Shown here: piece after piece, positions 54,397 to 63,227 of the stretch
Position numbering within the stretch: position 1 is the first letter of the stretch
Layout: the number at the start of each line of letters is the position of its first letter
NCBI GenBank assembly: GCA_015065325.1
Contig: SVQO01000002.1
Location: forward strand, 93,005-157,004
Source: Oscillospiraceae bacterium
GTDB lineage: Bacteria; Bacillota; Clostridia; Oscillospirales; SIG627
Length of the DNA: 64,000 bases
Reading direction: 5' to 3'
Translations under genes and position numbers: made by a program
Notes under the pieces: generated by a model
The model's input: only the letters and a program-made list of their open reading frames with translations
Told to the model about the DNA's origin: nothing
Database searches by the model: none

Positions 54397-55884
54397 ATGA
54401 AAAAGCTTATTGCACTTCTCTGCCTTTTGGCAATCTGTCTTCCCTTGTGCGCCTGCGCCTCCCCCTCCTTGAAAAACACCGAGGGAAAGCCCGCGCAGAC
54501 CGCCACCGTCGAAGAACAGAAGCAGAACACCCCCGCTGTGAAAACCGAAAAATTCAAAATTCCCGAGGATCTGCCCGAGGGCTTTGCCGTAGGCTACGGC
54601 ATCATTGATATTACGGGCAAGACCCCCATCTCTTACTTCGGCGGCATTGCCGACGGCGTTCACGATCCGCTGATGCTGACCTGCACCGCCGTTTCCGACG
54701 GTGAGACCGTGGCACTGATCATGACCGCGGACCTGAAGAAAATGCTGGACAACGTATCCGTCAAGTCCCTGGAGATCATTGAGAAGCAGTTCGGCATTCC
54801 CGCTTCCAACGTGATCCTCAGCTGTACCCACTCCCATTCCGCACCCGACGCAGGCTCCTCTGCCGAGGGCAATCCCCAGTGGATGCAACAATATTACAAG
54901 CAGCTTCCTCTGGCAGTCGATGCCGCTCTGAGGGATCTGGACGTAGTGGAAAAGGCATACGCGGGTACGGCAAATACCGAGCATCCCATCGGCTTCGTTC
55001 GCCGTTATCTGCTGGCAGACGGCACCTATAAAATGAACCCCTCTACCTCCGACAATCCCGTGTCACACGAATCCGTTGCCGATCCCGAGCTGAGAACCAT
55101 CCGCTTCGACCGCAAGAACAAAAAGGACGTTCTTCTGGTCAACTTCCAGACCCACTACGGCGGAGCAACCAGCACCTACCCCAGAAAGCTTTCCGCCGAC
55201 TTCGTTCACCCCTTCCGTCAGGAGGCACAGAAAGCGTACGACTGTCTGTTTGCTTATTACAGCGGCGCCTCCGGCAACATCAACTTTAATTCCGCCATCC
55301 CCGGTGAGCGTTACTACGAAACCTGGCTGGATGCCATCGACGGCTTTATGGAAACCACCGACGCCGCTTTGAAGGCAGAGGAGGAGATCAGTCTGGGCAA
55401 GATCCAAACCGCAAGAAGCACGGTTGCCGCCACCGTCCGCCACGATCCCGAGGAACGGGTCAAGCAGGCGCAGGAGATCGCTGATGCCGGCTACGACGAG
55501 ACCGAGGCAGGACGTGCTCTGATGGAAAAATACGGCTTTGACGGCTATTACGACGCTTCCTTTACCGTCACCCGCTCCAAGCTGGGAGAAAGCATGGACG
55601 TTGCACTGAACGCCATTGCCTTCGGCGACGTTGCCTTTACCGGCTATCCCTATGAAATGTTCCACGAAAACGGCAAGGAGGTCAGAGACGCCTCCCCCTA
55701 TAAAATGACCTTTATCTGTTCTCTGTCTCTGGGAGCCTTCGGTTATATTCCCTCCGCACTGGGCTATTCCCACGGCGGCTACGAAACCTACAACTGCCGC
55801 TTCGTCGGAGGTACCGGTGAACAACTGGCGCAGGAATCCGTCCGTCTTCTGAACGAATGTAAAAGTGCAGGAGGATCCAAATGA
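54397..55884 (+). CDS. HxH hydrolase-family lipoprotein, array member 8
   Basis: ATG at 54397 (MKKLIALLCLLAICLPLCAC). EKFKIPEDLPEGFAVGYG, SCTHSHSAP, FVRRYL, HESVADPELRTIRFDR, GASGNINF. Confidence 0.85.
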   Translation: MKKLIALLCLLAICLPLCACASPSLKNTEGKPAQTATVEEQKQNTPAVKTEKFKIPEDLPEGFAVGYGIIDITGKTPISYFGGIADGVHDPLMLTCTAVSDGETVALIMTADLKKMLDNVSVKSLEIIEKQFGIPASNVILSCTHSHSAPDAGSSAEGNPQWMQQYYKQLPLAVDAALRDLDVVEKAYAGTANTEHPIGFVRRYLLADGTYKMNPSTSDNPVSHESVADPELRTIRFDRKNKKDVLLVNFQTHYGGATSTYPRKLSADFVHPFRQEAQKAYDCLFAYYSGASGNINFNSAIPGERYYETWLDAIDGFMETTDAALKAEEEISLGKIQTARSTVAATVRHDPEERVKQAQEIADAGYDETEAGRALMEKYGFDGYYDASFTVTRSKLGESMDVALNAIAFGDVAFTGYPYEMFHENGKEVRDASPYKMTFICSLSLGAFGYIPSALGYSHGGYETYNCRFVGGTGEQLAQESVRLLNECKSAGGSK

Positions 55885-56744
55885 ATTATTGGACGCAAAG
55901 CAGTAAAAACATTTACGTCGCCGCACACCGCGGCTGGAGCAAAAAATACCCCGAAAACACCATGCTCGCCTTCCGCAAGGCACTGGAGCTGGGCGTGGAT
56001 CAACTGGAGACCGACGTACGCATTACCCGTGACGGAGAACTGGTTCTGATCCACGACGCCACGGTGGACCGCACCACAAGCGGCAGCGGCAAGGTGTGCG
56101 ATATGACGCTTGCCGAGCTGCAGGAACTGGATGCCGGCTCTTGGAAGGATCCCGCCTTCGCAGGGGAAAGGATCCCCAAATTTACGGATCTGCTGGAGCT
56201 TGTAAAGGACCACCCCACCATCACGCTGGACATCGAATTGAAGGAATATCCCGTGGACGGCATCCCCCCCATCAAGCTGCACGCCGAGGTGAAGGAACAC
56301 CCCGTTGACGGTTCGGATGAGACCGCCTTTACCATTTGCGACCGCATCTTGAAAACCATCGACGACTACGGCTTTACCGACAGAGTCGTCATCAACACCT
56401 GGAGCGGAAGGCTCCACGAATACATTTATGAAAAATACGGAAACAAGTACCGTCTGCATCTGTATTTCCCCTCTCCCCTGATGGGAAAAATGACTCTGGA
56501 GCCCTATTCCTTCGGCTATTGCTGCTGTATGTTCGCCTCTGACGGACAGCCCGGCGACCGACGGGTCGCCACCCGCGAGGAATGTGCCGAAATGCTGGCA
56601 AAGGGCATTCGCCCCTGGGCGGGTACCGCGGTAAAAACTCCCGAAATGGTGGACGTTGCCATAGCCTCGGCAGTAGAGCTGATCACCTGCGACGATCCTG
56701 AGCTGATCCTGAATTGTCTGCGGGAAAGAGGCTACCACAAATAG
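55881..56744 (+). CDS. Glycerophosphodiester phosphodiesterase (GDPD family), no signal peptide
   Basis: ATGA overlap with member 8. The HRGWSKKYPENTMLAF and ETDVRITRDGELVLIHDATVDRTT blocks are the GDPD catalytic signature. Confidence 0.85.
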   Translation: MNYWTQSSKNIYVAAHRGWSKKYPENTMLAFRKALELGVDQLETDVRITRDGELVLIHDATVDRTTSGSGKVCDMTLAELQELDAGSWKDPAFAGERIPKFTDLLELVKDHPTITLDIELKEYPVDGIPPIKLHAEVKEHPVDGSDETAFTICDRILKTIDDYGFTDRVVINTWSGRLHEYIYEKYGNKYRLHLYFPSPLMGKMTLEPYSFGYCCCMFASDGQPGDRRVATREECAEMLAKGIRPWAGTAVKTPEMVDVAIASAVELITCDDPELILNCLRERGYHK

Positions 56745-56770
56745 TTTTTCAATAAGGAGACCACGCTTTT

Positions 56771-58225
56771 ATGAAGAAGTTCATTGTCATTCTTTGTTTG
56801 CTGTCCCTGTGTCTTCCCCTGTGTGCCTGTTCTTCCGCCTCTCTGGAACCGGAAGCACCCGCAAAAAAAGAGGAGACGGCGGAAAAGACACAACAGAAAG
56901 ACAAGGGACCCCTCACCTATCCCAAGGGCGTTTTTTCCGTGGGCTACGGCATCGGTGATATCACCTGTACCACGCCCCTGCCTATCTATAACGGCATCGC
57001 GCATCAGATCCACGACCCGCTGATGCTTACCGTCACCGCCTTTTGCGACGGACAGGATAACGTCGCTTTGGTTATGAGTGCCGACCTGAAGGGAATGCAC
57101 CGTCCCGTCTTCGAGCGGACTGCTTCCATTATCGAAACGAAATTCCACATTCCCAGAGAAAATATCATTCTCAGCTGTACCCATACCCATTCTGCACCCA
57201 CCGTCGGTGAAACCAATGCGGAGGTCATGCGCTGGGCGCCCATTTATTACCAAACCTTCCCCGCCATCGTGGAGGAGGCGCTCCGCGATCTTGATCCCGT
57301 GGAAGCTGCCTACGGCGGCAAGTCTCAGGCAGAGAGTATTTCCTTCGTGCGCCGCTATCTGCTGGAGGACGGCACCTATAAGATGAACCCCTCCGCCGCC
57401 GATAAGCCCGTGGAGCACGAATCCGTTGCCGACAACGAGCTGAGAACCGTCCGCTTTGACCGCAAGAACAAGAAGGACGTTCTCATGGTCAACTACCAGA
57501 CCCACTACGGCGGCGCTACCTCCAAATATCCCGAAAAGATCTCCGCAGACTTTATCGCCCCCTTCCGCAAGCAAGCCGAAGCGAAATGGGACTGTCTGTT
57601 CGCCTATCAGAGCGGTGCAGGCGGAGACGTGAATTTTAATTCGCTCATCCCCGGTGAAAAAATCTACGCAAATTACGAGATCGCCGTGGAAAAGGGCTTT
57701 ATACCCGCCACCGAACGGGCACTGGCAAATGAAGAAAAACTGGAGCTGGGCACCATCCGCGGCGCCGAAGGATTTTCTACCGCCACCGTCAAGAAGGACG
57801 ATGCACAGCGCGTTGCCCACGCGCGCAAGGTCCACGCACTGGAGGACGGAGAGCAAAAAACGCAACTGATGAAGGAATACGGCTTTTCCACCAAGTACGA
57901 GCCGGGTATGGTGATCAAACGCAATGCCGAAATGGGCGATACGGAGGACGTTCCTCTGAGCTGTATCACCTTCGGTGACCTTGCCTTTGCCGCCTTCCCC
58001 TACGAAATGTTCCACGAAAACGGAAAGCAGGTGCGGGACGCCTCGCCCTACAAGATGACCTTTATCAACTCCATCGCCGGCGGCAGCTACGGCTACATTC
58101 CTACCAAAGAGGCATTCCCCCACGGCGGTTATGAAGTTGGCGTCTGCCGCTATACCGAGGGCTGCGGTGAACAATTTGCGGCATTTATGCTGGACCTTTT
58201 AAATCAATGTAAAAATCCCGCGTAG
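56771..58225 (+). CDS. HxH hydrolase-family lipoprotein, array member 9
   Basis: 26-nt gap after the GDPD gene. Lipobox LPLCAC. SCTHTHSAP, FVRRYL, HESVADNELRTVRFDR, GAGGDVNF, PYEMFHENGKQVR. Confidence 0.85.
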   Translation: MKKFIVILCLLSLCLPLCACSSASLEPEAPAKKEETAEKTQQKDKGPLTYPKGVFSVGYGIGDITCTTPLPIYNGIAHQIHDPLMLTVTAFCDGQDNVALVMSADLKGMHRPVFERTASIIETKFHIPRENIILSCTHTHSAPTVGETNAEVMRWAPIYYQTFPAIVEEALRDLDPVEAAYGGKSQAESISFVRRYLLEDGTYKMNPSAADKPVEHESVADNELRTVRFDRKNKKDVLMVNYQTHYGGATSKYPEKISADFIAPFRKQAEAKWDCLFAYQSGAGGDVNFNSLIPGEKIYANYEIAVEKGFIPATERALANEEKLELGTIRGAEGFSTATVKKDDAQRVAHARKVHALEDGEQKTQLMKEYGFSTKYEPGMVIKRNAEMGDTEDVPLSCITFGDLAFAAFPYEMFHENGKQVRDASPYKMTFINSIAGGSYGYIPTKEAFPHGGYEVGVCRYTEGCGEQFAAFMLDLLNQCKNPA

Positions 58226-58231
58226 AAACAG

Positions 58232-58270
58232 AAACGGAAGTTTTCGGACTTCCGTTTTTTTGTTTTTTTT
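58232..58270 (+). terminator. Array terminator after member 9
   Basis: Stem AAACGGAAGT / ACTTCCGTTT with loop TTTCGG, then a long T-run. Confidence 0.85.
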
Positions 58271-58311
58271 ACCGAATGTTCATTGCTTTCCTTTCATTTT
58301 TTTGTTACAAT
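58270..58311 (+). promoter_or_regulatory. Array promoter with box, upstream of member 10
   Basis: Box TACCGAATGTTCATTG (58270..58285), TTGCTT (58283..58288), a 17-nt spacer, then TACAAT (58306..58311, preceded by TGT). Confidence 0.6.
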
Positions 58312-58343
58312 AAGAAAAAATTCCCTCAACAAGGAGGTTTACA

Positions 58344-59828
58344 ATGAAACGAATTCTGGCACTTGCTTTGGCACTTTTCACCTTGCTTCCGCTGTGTGCC
58401 TGCACTTCCGGTTCTCTGGAAAGCACGGCTCCCGCAGAAAATGCAAAGACCGCAGAGCAGAAGAAAACGGCTGAAAAAGCACCTGAAAAGACCGAGCTTG
58501 AAAAATTTGATATGGAAAAGGATCTGCCCGAGGGTTATGCGGTAGGCTACGGCATCGCCGACGTAACGGGTACGGTCTTCCCGCTCTCCTACTACGGGGG
58601 AAGTGCAGTGGGCGCATCGGATCCTTTGATGCTGACCTGCGTGGCAATGTCCGACGGCGAAAACGTTGCTCTGGTCATGACCATAGATCTGAAGAAGATG
58701 TACGCTAAGGTATTCAACCAGTCTCTGAGCATCATTGAGAAGAACTTCGGCATCCCCGCGGAAAACGTGATCATCAGCTCCACCCACTCCCATTCCGCTC
58801 CCGATGCGGGTGAGGACGTTCCCGGCAACATTCAGTGGGTACAACAGTACTACAAAAAGCTTTACGCGGCAGTAAACGAAGCGCTCCACGATCTGGATCC
58901 GGTGGAACACGTCTTTACCGGCAAGGCAAACGAGGAGCACCCCATCGGCTACGTACGCCGCTACTATATGGCAGACGGTTCCTTTAAGACCATTGCCTCC
59001 TCCAATCCCTGCAAGGATTTCGTTGCTCACGAATCCGTTGCCGACCCCGAATTCCGCACCATTCGCTTTGACCGCAAGAACAAGAAGGACGTTCTCATGG
59101 TCAACTTCCAGACCCACTACGGCGGCCAGGTTCCCGCCAATATGCTTTCCGCGGACTTTGTCCACCCCTTCCGCAAGCAAGCACAGGAAGAATGGGATTG
59201 CCTCTTCGCTTATTACAGCGGTGCAGGCGGAAACATTAATTTCAAATCCGAAATTCCCGGAGAGCGTTACTACGAGGAGCCCTCGGATGCCATTGCAGAA
59301 TTTATGGGAAGCACCCAACGGGCAATGGATGCAGAGGAGGAAGCAGCCCTCGGCAAGGTGTCCTGCGCACGCAGTATGTATCCCGGCAAGGTCCGCCACG
59401 ATCCCGAGGAACGGGTCAAGCAAGCGCAGGAGGTAGTATCTGCAGGATACGAAACCGAAAAGGGTATTTCTCTGATGGCGCAGTACGGCTTTGACAGCCA
59501 TTTTGAGCCCGCCTTTATCGTAACCCGCTCCAGGCTGGGCGAGACCCTTGATATTCCTATGACCGCAGTTTCCTTCGGTGAGATCGCCTTCACCGGCCAC
59601 CCCTACGAAATGTTCCACGAAAACGGTAAGGAGGTTCGCGACGGTTCTCCCTTCAAAACCACCTTTATCTGTTCCCTCTCCGGTGATGCTCTGGGGTATA
59701 TCCCTTCCGCACTGGGATATTCCAACGGTGGCTACGAAACCTTCAACTGCCGCTTTGCCGCAGGAACGGGCGAGGAGCTGGCGCAGGAAGCAATTCGGCT
59801 TCTGAACCAGTGCAAAAACGCAGCCTGA
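58344..59828 (+). CDS. HxH hydrolase-family lipoprotein, array member 10
   Basis: AAGGAGG RBS. Lipobox LLPLCAC. EKFDMEKDLPEGYAVGYG, SSTHSHSAP, YVRRYY, HESVADPEFRTIRFDR, GAGGNINF. Confidence 0.85.
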   Translation: MKRILALALALFTLLPLCACTSGSLESTAPAENAKTAEQKKTAEKAPEKTELEKFDMEKDLPEGYAVGYGIADVTGTVFPLSYYGGSAVGASDPLMLTCVAMSDGENVALVMTIDLKKMYAKVFNQSLSIIEKNFGIPAENVIISSTHSHSAPDAGEDVPGNIQWVQQYYKKLYAAVNEALHDLDPVEHVFTGKANEEHPIGYVRRYYMADGSFKTIASSNPCKDFVAHESVADPEFRTIRFDRKNKKDVLMVNFQTHYGGQVPANMLSADFVHPFRKQAQEEWDCLFAYYSGAGGNINFKSEIPGERYYEEPSDAIAEFMGSTQRAMDAEEEAALGKVSCARSMYPGKVRHDPEERVKQAQEVVSAGYETEKGISLMAQYGFDSHFEPAFIVTRSRLGETLDIPMTAVSFGEIAFTGHPYEMFHENGKEVRDGSPFKTTFICSLSGDALGYIPSALGYSNGGYETFNCRFAAGTGEELAQEAIRLLNQCKNAA

Positions 59829-59840
59829 TCCAAAAATCCC

Positions 59841-59873
59841 AAACGGAAGTCTTCGGACTTCCGTTTCTTTTGT
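59841..59873 (+). terminator. Array terminator after member 10
   Basis: Stem AAACGGAAGTC / GACTTCCGTTT with loop TTCG, then TTTCTTTT. Confidence 0.8.
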
Positions 59874-59880
59874 AAAAATT

Positions 59881-59921
59881 AACTGAATATTCATTGTATT
59901 TTTCGCGTTTTTTGGTAAAAT
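59881..59921 (+). promoter_or_regulatory. Array promoter with palindromic box, upstream of member 11
   Basis: Box AACTGAATATTCATTG (59881..59896) with the perfect palindrome TGAATATTCA (59884..59893). TTGTAT (59894..59899), a 16-nt spacer, then TAAAAT (59916..59921). Confidence 0.65.
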
Positions 59922-59950
59922 GAGATCAGAAACGACCTAGGAGGTTTGCT

Positions 59951-61426
59951 ATGAAAAAAATCCTTGCACTCATTCTTGCGCTGGTCACAGTTTTTTCCCT
60001 GTGTGCCTGCTCTTCCGATCCTTTGGAAAGCACAGCTCCCGCAGAAAACACAAAGACGGCTGAGCAGAAAAAGACGGAAAGTGCCGAGCCCGTGAGAAAA
60101 GCTGAAAAATTCAAGGTCCCCGACGATCTTCCCGAGGGCTTTGCCGTAGGCTACTCCATTATTGATATTTCCACCGTCCCCCTGCCTATGTACGACGCTA
60201 CCGCCCAAACCATCCACGATCCCCTGATGCTGACCTGCACCGCCATTTCCGACGGAGAAAACGTTGCCCTGATTATGTCCGCAGATCTCAAGGGTATGAA
60301 GCGTAACGTAGCGGAAAGCTCTATGAAGATCATTGAGAACCGTTTTGGCATTCCCGGCAAAAACGTGATGTTCAACTGCACCCATACCCACTCCGCTCCC
60401 ACCGTAGGCGGCAATTCTGCCGAGCTTGCCCGCTGGGAGACCAAGTACTATAAGCAGCTGCCTATTCTGGTTTCCGAGGCGCTTCACGATCTGGATCCGG
60501 TGGAAAACGCCTACATCGGCAAAGGAATTGCCGAGGGCATCTCCTTCGTCCGCCGATATCATCTTGCCGACGGCGGCTTTAGAACCAACGCATCGGCATC
60601 CAAAAATCCCGTCGCTCACGAATCCGTGGCGGATCCCGAGCTGAGAACCATTCGCTTTGACCGCAAGAACAAGAAGGACGTTCTCATGGTCAACTATCAG
60701 ACCCACTACGGCGGAGCAACCGGTCTCTATCCCGAGCAGCTCTCCGCTGACTTTATCCTCCCTTTCCGTGAGCAGGCGGAGAAAAAGTACGACTGTCTGT
60801 TCACCTACCAGAGCGGTGCAGGCGGAAACATCAACTTTAATTCTTCTATCCCCGGAGAAGACCCCTACCCCACCTTCCTGGACGCCATCCCCGCCTTTAT
60901 GGAAGCAACCGACGAAGCTCTGGCGGCTGAGGAGCTTGCACAGCTTGGCACCATCCGCTCCGCGGAAAGCATTTACACCGCCACCGTCAGAAAGGACTCT
61001 CCCGAGCGTGTACAGCAGGCACTGGAATGTCAGGCGGCAGGATGGGAATCCGAGCTGGGGATCTCTTTGATGCAAAAGTACAACTTCGAAACCAAGTACG
61101 ACGCGTCTCACACCATTTCCCGCAACCGTGAAAAGGGCGATACCGAGGACGTGAACTTTTCCGCCATCGCCTTCGGCGACATTGCCTTCACCGCTTTCCC
61201 CTACGAAATGTTCGACACCAACGGAAAAGAGGTCAGAGACGGTTCTCCCTACAAGATGACCTTTATCTGCTCCCTCACCAACGGTTCTATGGGCTATATG
61301 CCCTCTGCCCTCGCCTTCACCAACGGCAGCTACGAGGTGCTCAGCTGTCCCTACGTGGCAGGCTGCGGCGAAGAATTCGCCCAAGAAATGCTCCGCCTGC
61401 TGAACGTCTGCAAAAATCAAGCTTAA
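59951..61426 (+). CDS. HxH hydrolase-family lipoprotein, array member 11
   Basis: TAGGAGG RBS. Lipobox VFSLCAC. EKFKVPDDLPEGFAVGYS, NCTHTHSAP, FVRRYH, HESVADPELRTIRFDR, GAGGNINF. Confidence 0.85.
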   Translation: MKKILALILALVTVFSLCACSSDPLESTAPAENTKTAEQKKTESAEPVRKAEKFKVPDDLPEGFAVGYSIIDISTVPLPMYDATAQTIHDPLMLTCTAISDGENVALIMSADLKGMKRNVAESSMKIIENRFGIPGKNVMFNCTHTHSAPTVGGNSAELARWETKYYKQLPILVSEALHDLDPVENAYIGKGIAEGISFVRRYHLADGGFRTNASASKNPVAHESVADPELRTIRFDRKNKKDVLMVNYQTHYGGATGLYPEQLSADFILPFREQAEKKYDCLFTYQSGAGGNINFNSSIPGEDPYPTFLDAIPAFMEATDEALAAEELAQLGTIRSAESIYTATVRKDSPERVQQALECQAAGWESELGISLMQKYNFETKYDASHTISRNREKGDTEDVNFSAIAFGDIAFTAFPYEMFDTNGKEVRDGSPYKMTFICSLTNGSMGYMPSALAFTNGSYEVLSCPYVAGCGEEFAQEMLRLLNVCKNQA

Positions 61427-61432
61427 ATCCCC

Positions 61433-61464
61433 AAAAAAACGGAAGCGACGCTTCCGTTTTTTTC
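61433..61464 (+). terminator. Array terminator after member 11
   Basis: AAACGGAAGCG-A-CGCTTCCGTTT followed by a T-run. Confidence 0.8.
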
Positions 61465-61489
61465 TTTATGAAAGCTTATTTGTAAAATT

Positions 61490-61531
61490 AACCGAATATT
61501 CATTGCTTTTTTTCTCTGCTTTTAGTAAAAT
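61490..61531 (+). promoter_or_regulatory. Array promoter with palindromic box, upstream of member 12
   Basis: Box AACCGAATATTCATTG (61490..61505, palindrome GAATATTC at 61494..61501). TTGCTT (61503..61508), a 17-nt spacer, then TAAAAT (61526..61531). Confidence 0.65.
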
Positions 61532-61571
61532 GTTCACAGAGTCCCTATCATATGAAAGGAAGTTGGTTCCA

Positions 61572-63050
61572 ATGAAAAAAATTTTCGTACTGTTTCTTGC
61601 ACTGACGATGATCCTGCCTCTTTGCGCTTGCTCCTCGTCTCTTGATCCTGCGGCAACGAAAGCCGAGGAAGCAAAAACCGAGGAAAAGGCCCCGGAAAAA
61701 GCACCCGCAGCAGAGGATAATAAGCCCGATCAGTTCAATATTTCCGAGGATCTGCCCGAGGGCTTTGCCGTAGGCTACGCCATCGGCGATATTACCTCCA
61801 CCCCCATCTCTATGTATAACGCAACCGCGGAAAGCGTGCACGACCCCTTGCAGCTGACCTGTATTGCCATCTCCGACGGAGAAGGAAACGTGGCTCTTGT
61901 TATGACCGCGGATCTCAAGGGGCTAAATCGTGACGTCTTCGAGCGCTCCACCGATATCATCCAAAAGAATTTCGGCATTCCTGCGGAAAACGTGATGATC
62001 AGCGCCACCCACACCCATTCCGCACCCACCGTGAACGCCGGCTCAGACACCAATATGACCCGTTTTCGTTCCAAGTACTACCAGCAGCTTCCCATCATCG
62101 TAGAGGAAGCCCTGCGGGATCTGGACGAGATCGAATCCTGCTACACCGGTAAGGGCACCGCAAAAAGCATTGCCTTCGTGCGCCGCTATCTGCAGCCCGA
62201 CGGAAGCTACATCACCCACGGAAACAAGTCCTCCGTCAAGCACGAGACCGATGCAGATCCCGAGCTGAGAACCATCCGCTTTGACCGCAAGAACAAAAAA
62301 GACGTTTTGATGGTCAACTACCAGACCCACTACGGCGGAGCAACCGGTATGTATCCCGCACAGCTCTCCGCAGACTTCGTCGCTCCCTTCCGCGATGCCG
62401 CCGAGAAGGAACTGGATTGTCTCTTTGCTTATTACAGCGGCGCAGGCGGTAACATCAACTTCAACTCTCCCATTCCCGGGGAAAAGATCTACGCAACCTT
62501 CCTGGATGCCATTCCCGAATTTATGCGCGCTACCAATATGGCACTCGATGCCGAAAAAGAGGCGCAGGTCGGTACCATCCGTTCCGCCTTTGCTTGGCAC
62601 ACCCAGGCGATCCGCAAGGATCCCCCCGAGAGAGTGGCGCAGGCAAAAGAGGTGGTTGACGCAGGCAGAGAGACCACCGAAGGAAAGACACTGATCGGAA
62701 AATACGGTTTCCTCAACAAATACGAGCCCACCTCCATCGTAGCGCGTAACACCACCTACGGCGCCACCGAGGACGTTCCTCTGTCTGCCATTGCCTTCGG
62801 AGACATTGCCTTTACCGCATTCCCCTACGAAATGTTCGATACCAACGGCAAGGAGTGCCGCGACGCTTCTCCCTACGATATGACCTTCGTGCTTTCCCTG
62901 GCAGGCGGCGGTTACGGCTACATTCCCTCTGCATTTGCTTATCCCCACGGCGGCTACGAGGTATCCATCTGCCGCTTCACCGAGGGATGCGGCGAAGCCT
63001 TCGTTGCAACCATGCTGAACCTTTTGAACCAGTGCAAAGCGGGTGCATAA
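61572..63050 (+). CDS. HxH hydrolase-family lipoprotein, array member 12
   Basis: ATG at 61572 (MKKIFVLFLALTMILPLCAC); the upstream part of the tracked ORF (61503) covers the promoter. SATHTHSAP, FVRRYL, HETDADPELRTIRFDR, GAGGNINF. Confidence 0.85.
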   Translation: MKKIFVLFLALTMILPLCACSSSLDPAATKAEEAKTEEKAPEKAPAAEDNKPDQFNISEDLPEGFAVGYAIGDITSTPISMYNATAESVHDPLQLTCIAISDGEGNVALVMTADLKGLNRDVFERSTDIIQKNFGIPAENVMISATHTHSAPTVNAGSDTNMTRFRSKYYQQLPIIVEEALRDLDEIESCYTGKGTAKSIAFVRRYLQPDGSYITHGNKSSVKHETDADPELRTIRFDRKNKKDVLMVNYQTHYGGATGMYPAQLSADFVAPFRDAAEKELDCLFAYYSGAGGNINFNSPIPGEKIYATFLDAIPEFMRATNMALDAEKEAQVGTIRSAFAWHTQAIRKDPPERVAQAKEVVDAGRETTEGKTLIGKYGFLNKYEPTSIVARNTTYGATEDVPLSAIAFGDIAFTAFPYEMFDTNGKECRDASPYDMTFVLSLAGGGYGYIPSAFAYPHGGYEVSICRFTEGCGEAFVATMLNLLNQCKAGA

Positions 63051-63062
63051 GCCCGATCCTTG

Positions 63063-63092
63063 AAACGGAAGCCTGACGGCTTCCGTTTTTTT
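63063..63092 (+). terminator. Array terminator after member 12
   Basis: Stem AAACGGAAGCC / GGCTTCCGTTT with loop TGAC, then T7. Confidence 0.85.
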
Positions 63093-63132
63093 ATAAAAAA
63101 GCGAGAAGCTCCTCTCTTTTTCTGTAAAAATT

Positions 63133-63173
63133 AACTGAATATTCATTACTTTTCTCTCTGTTTTTGGTAAAAT
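63133..63173 (+). promoter_or_regulatory. Array promoter with palindromic box, upstream of member 13
   Basis: Box AACTGAATATTCATTA (63133..63148) with the palindrome TGAATATTCA (63136..63145). TTACTT (63146..63151), a 16-nt spacer, then TAAAAT (63168..63173). Confidence 0.65.
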
Positions 63174-63227
63174 GGTGAAAAGGGTGTACCTATATATTAT
63201 CACCCAAAGAATGAAAGGACTGCTCTT

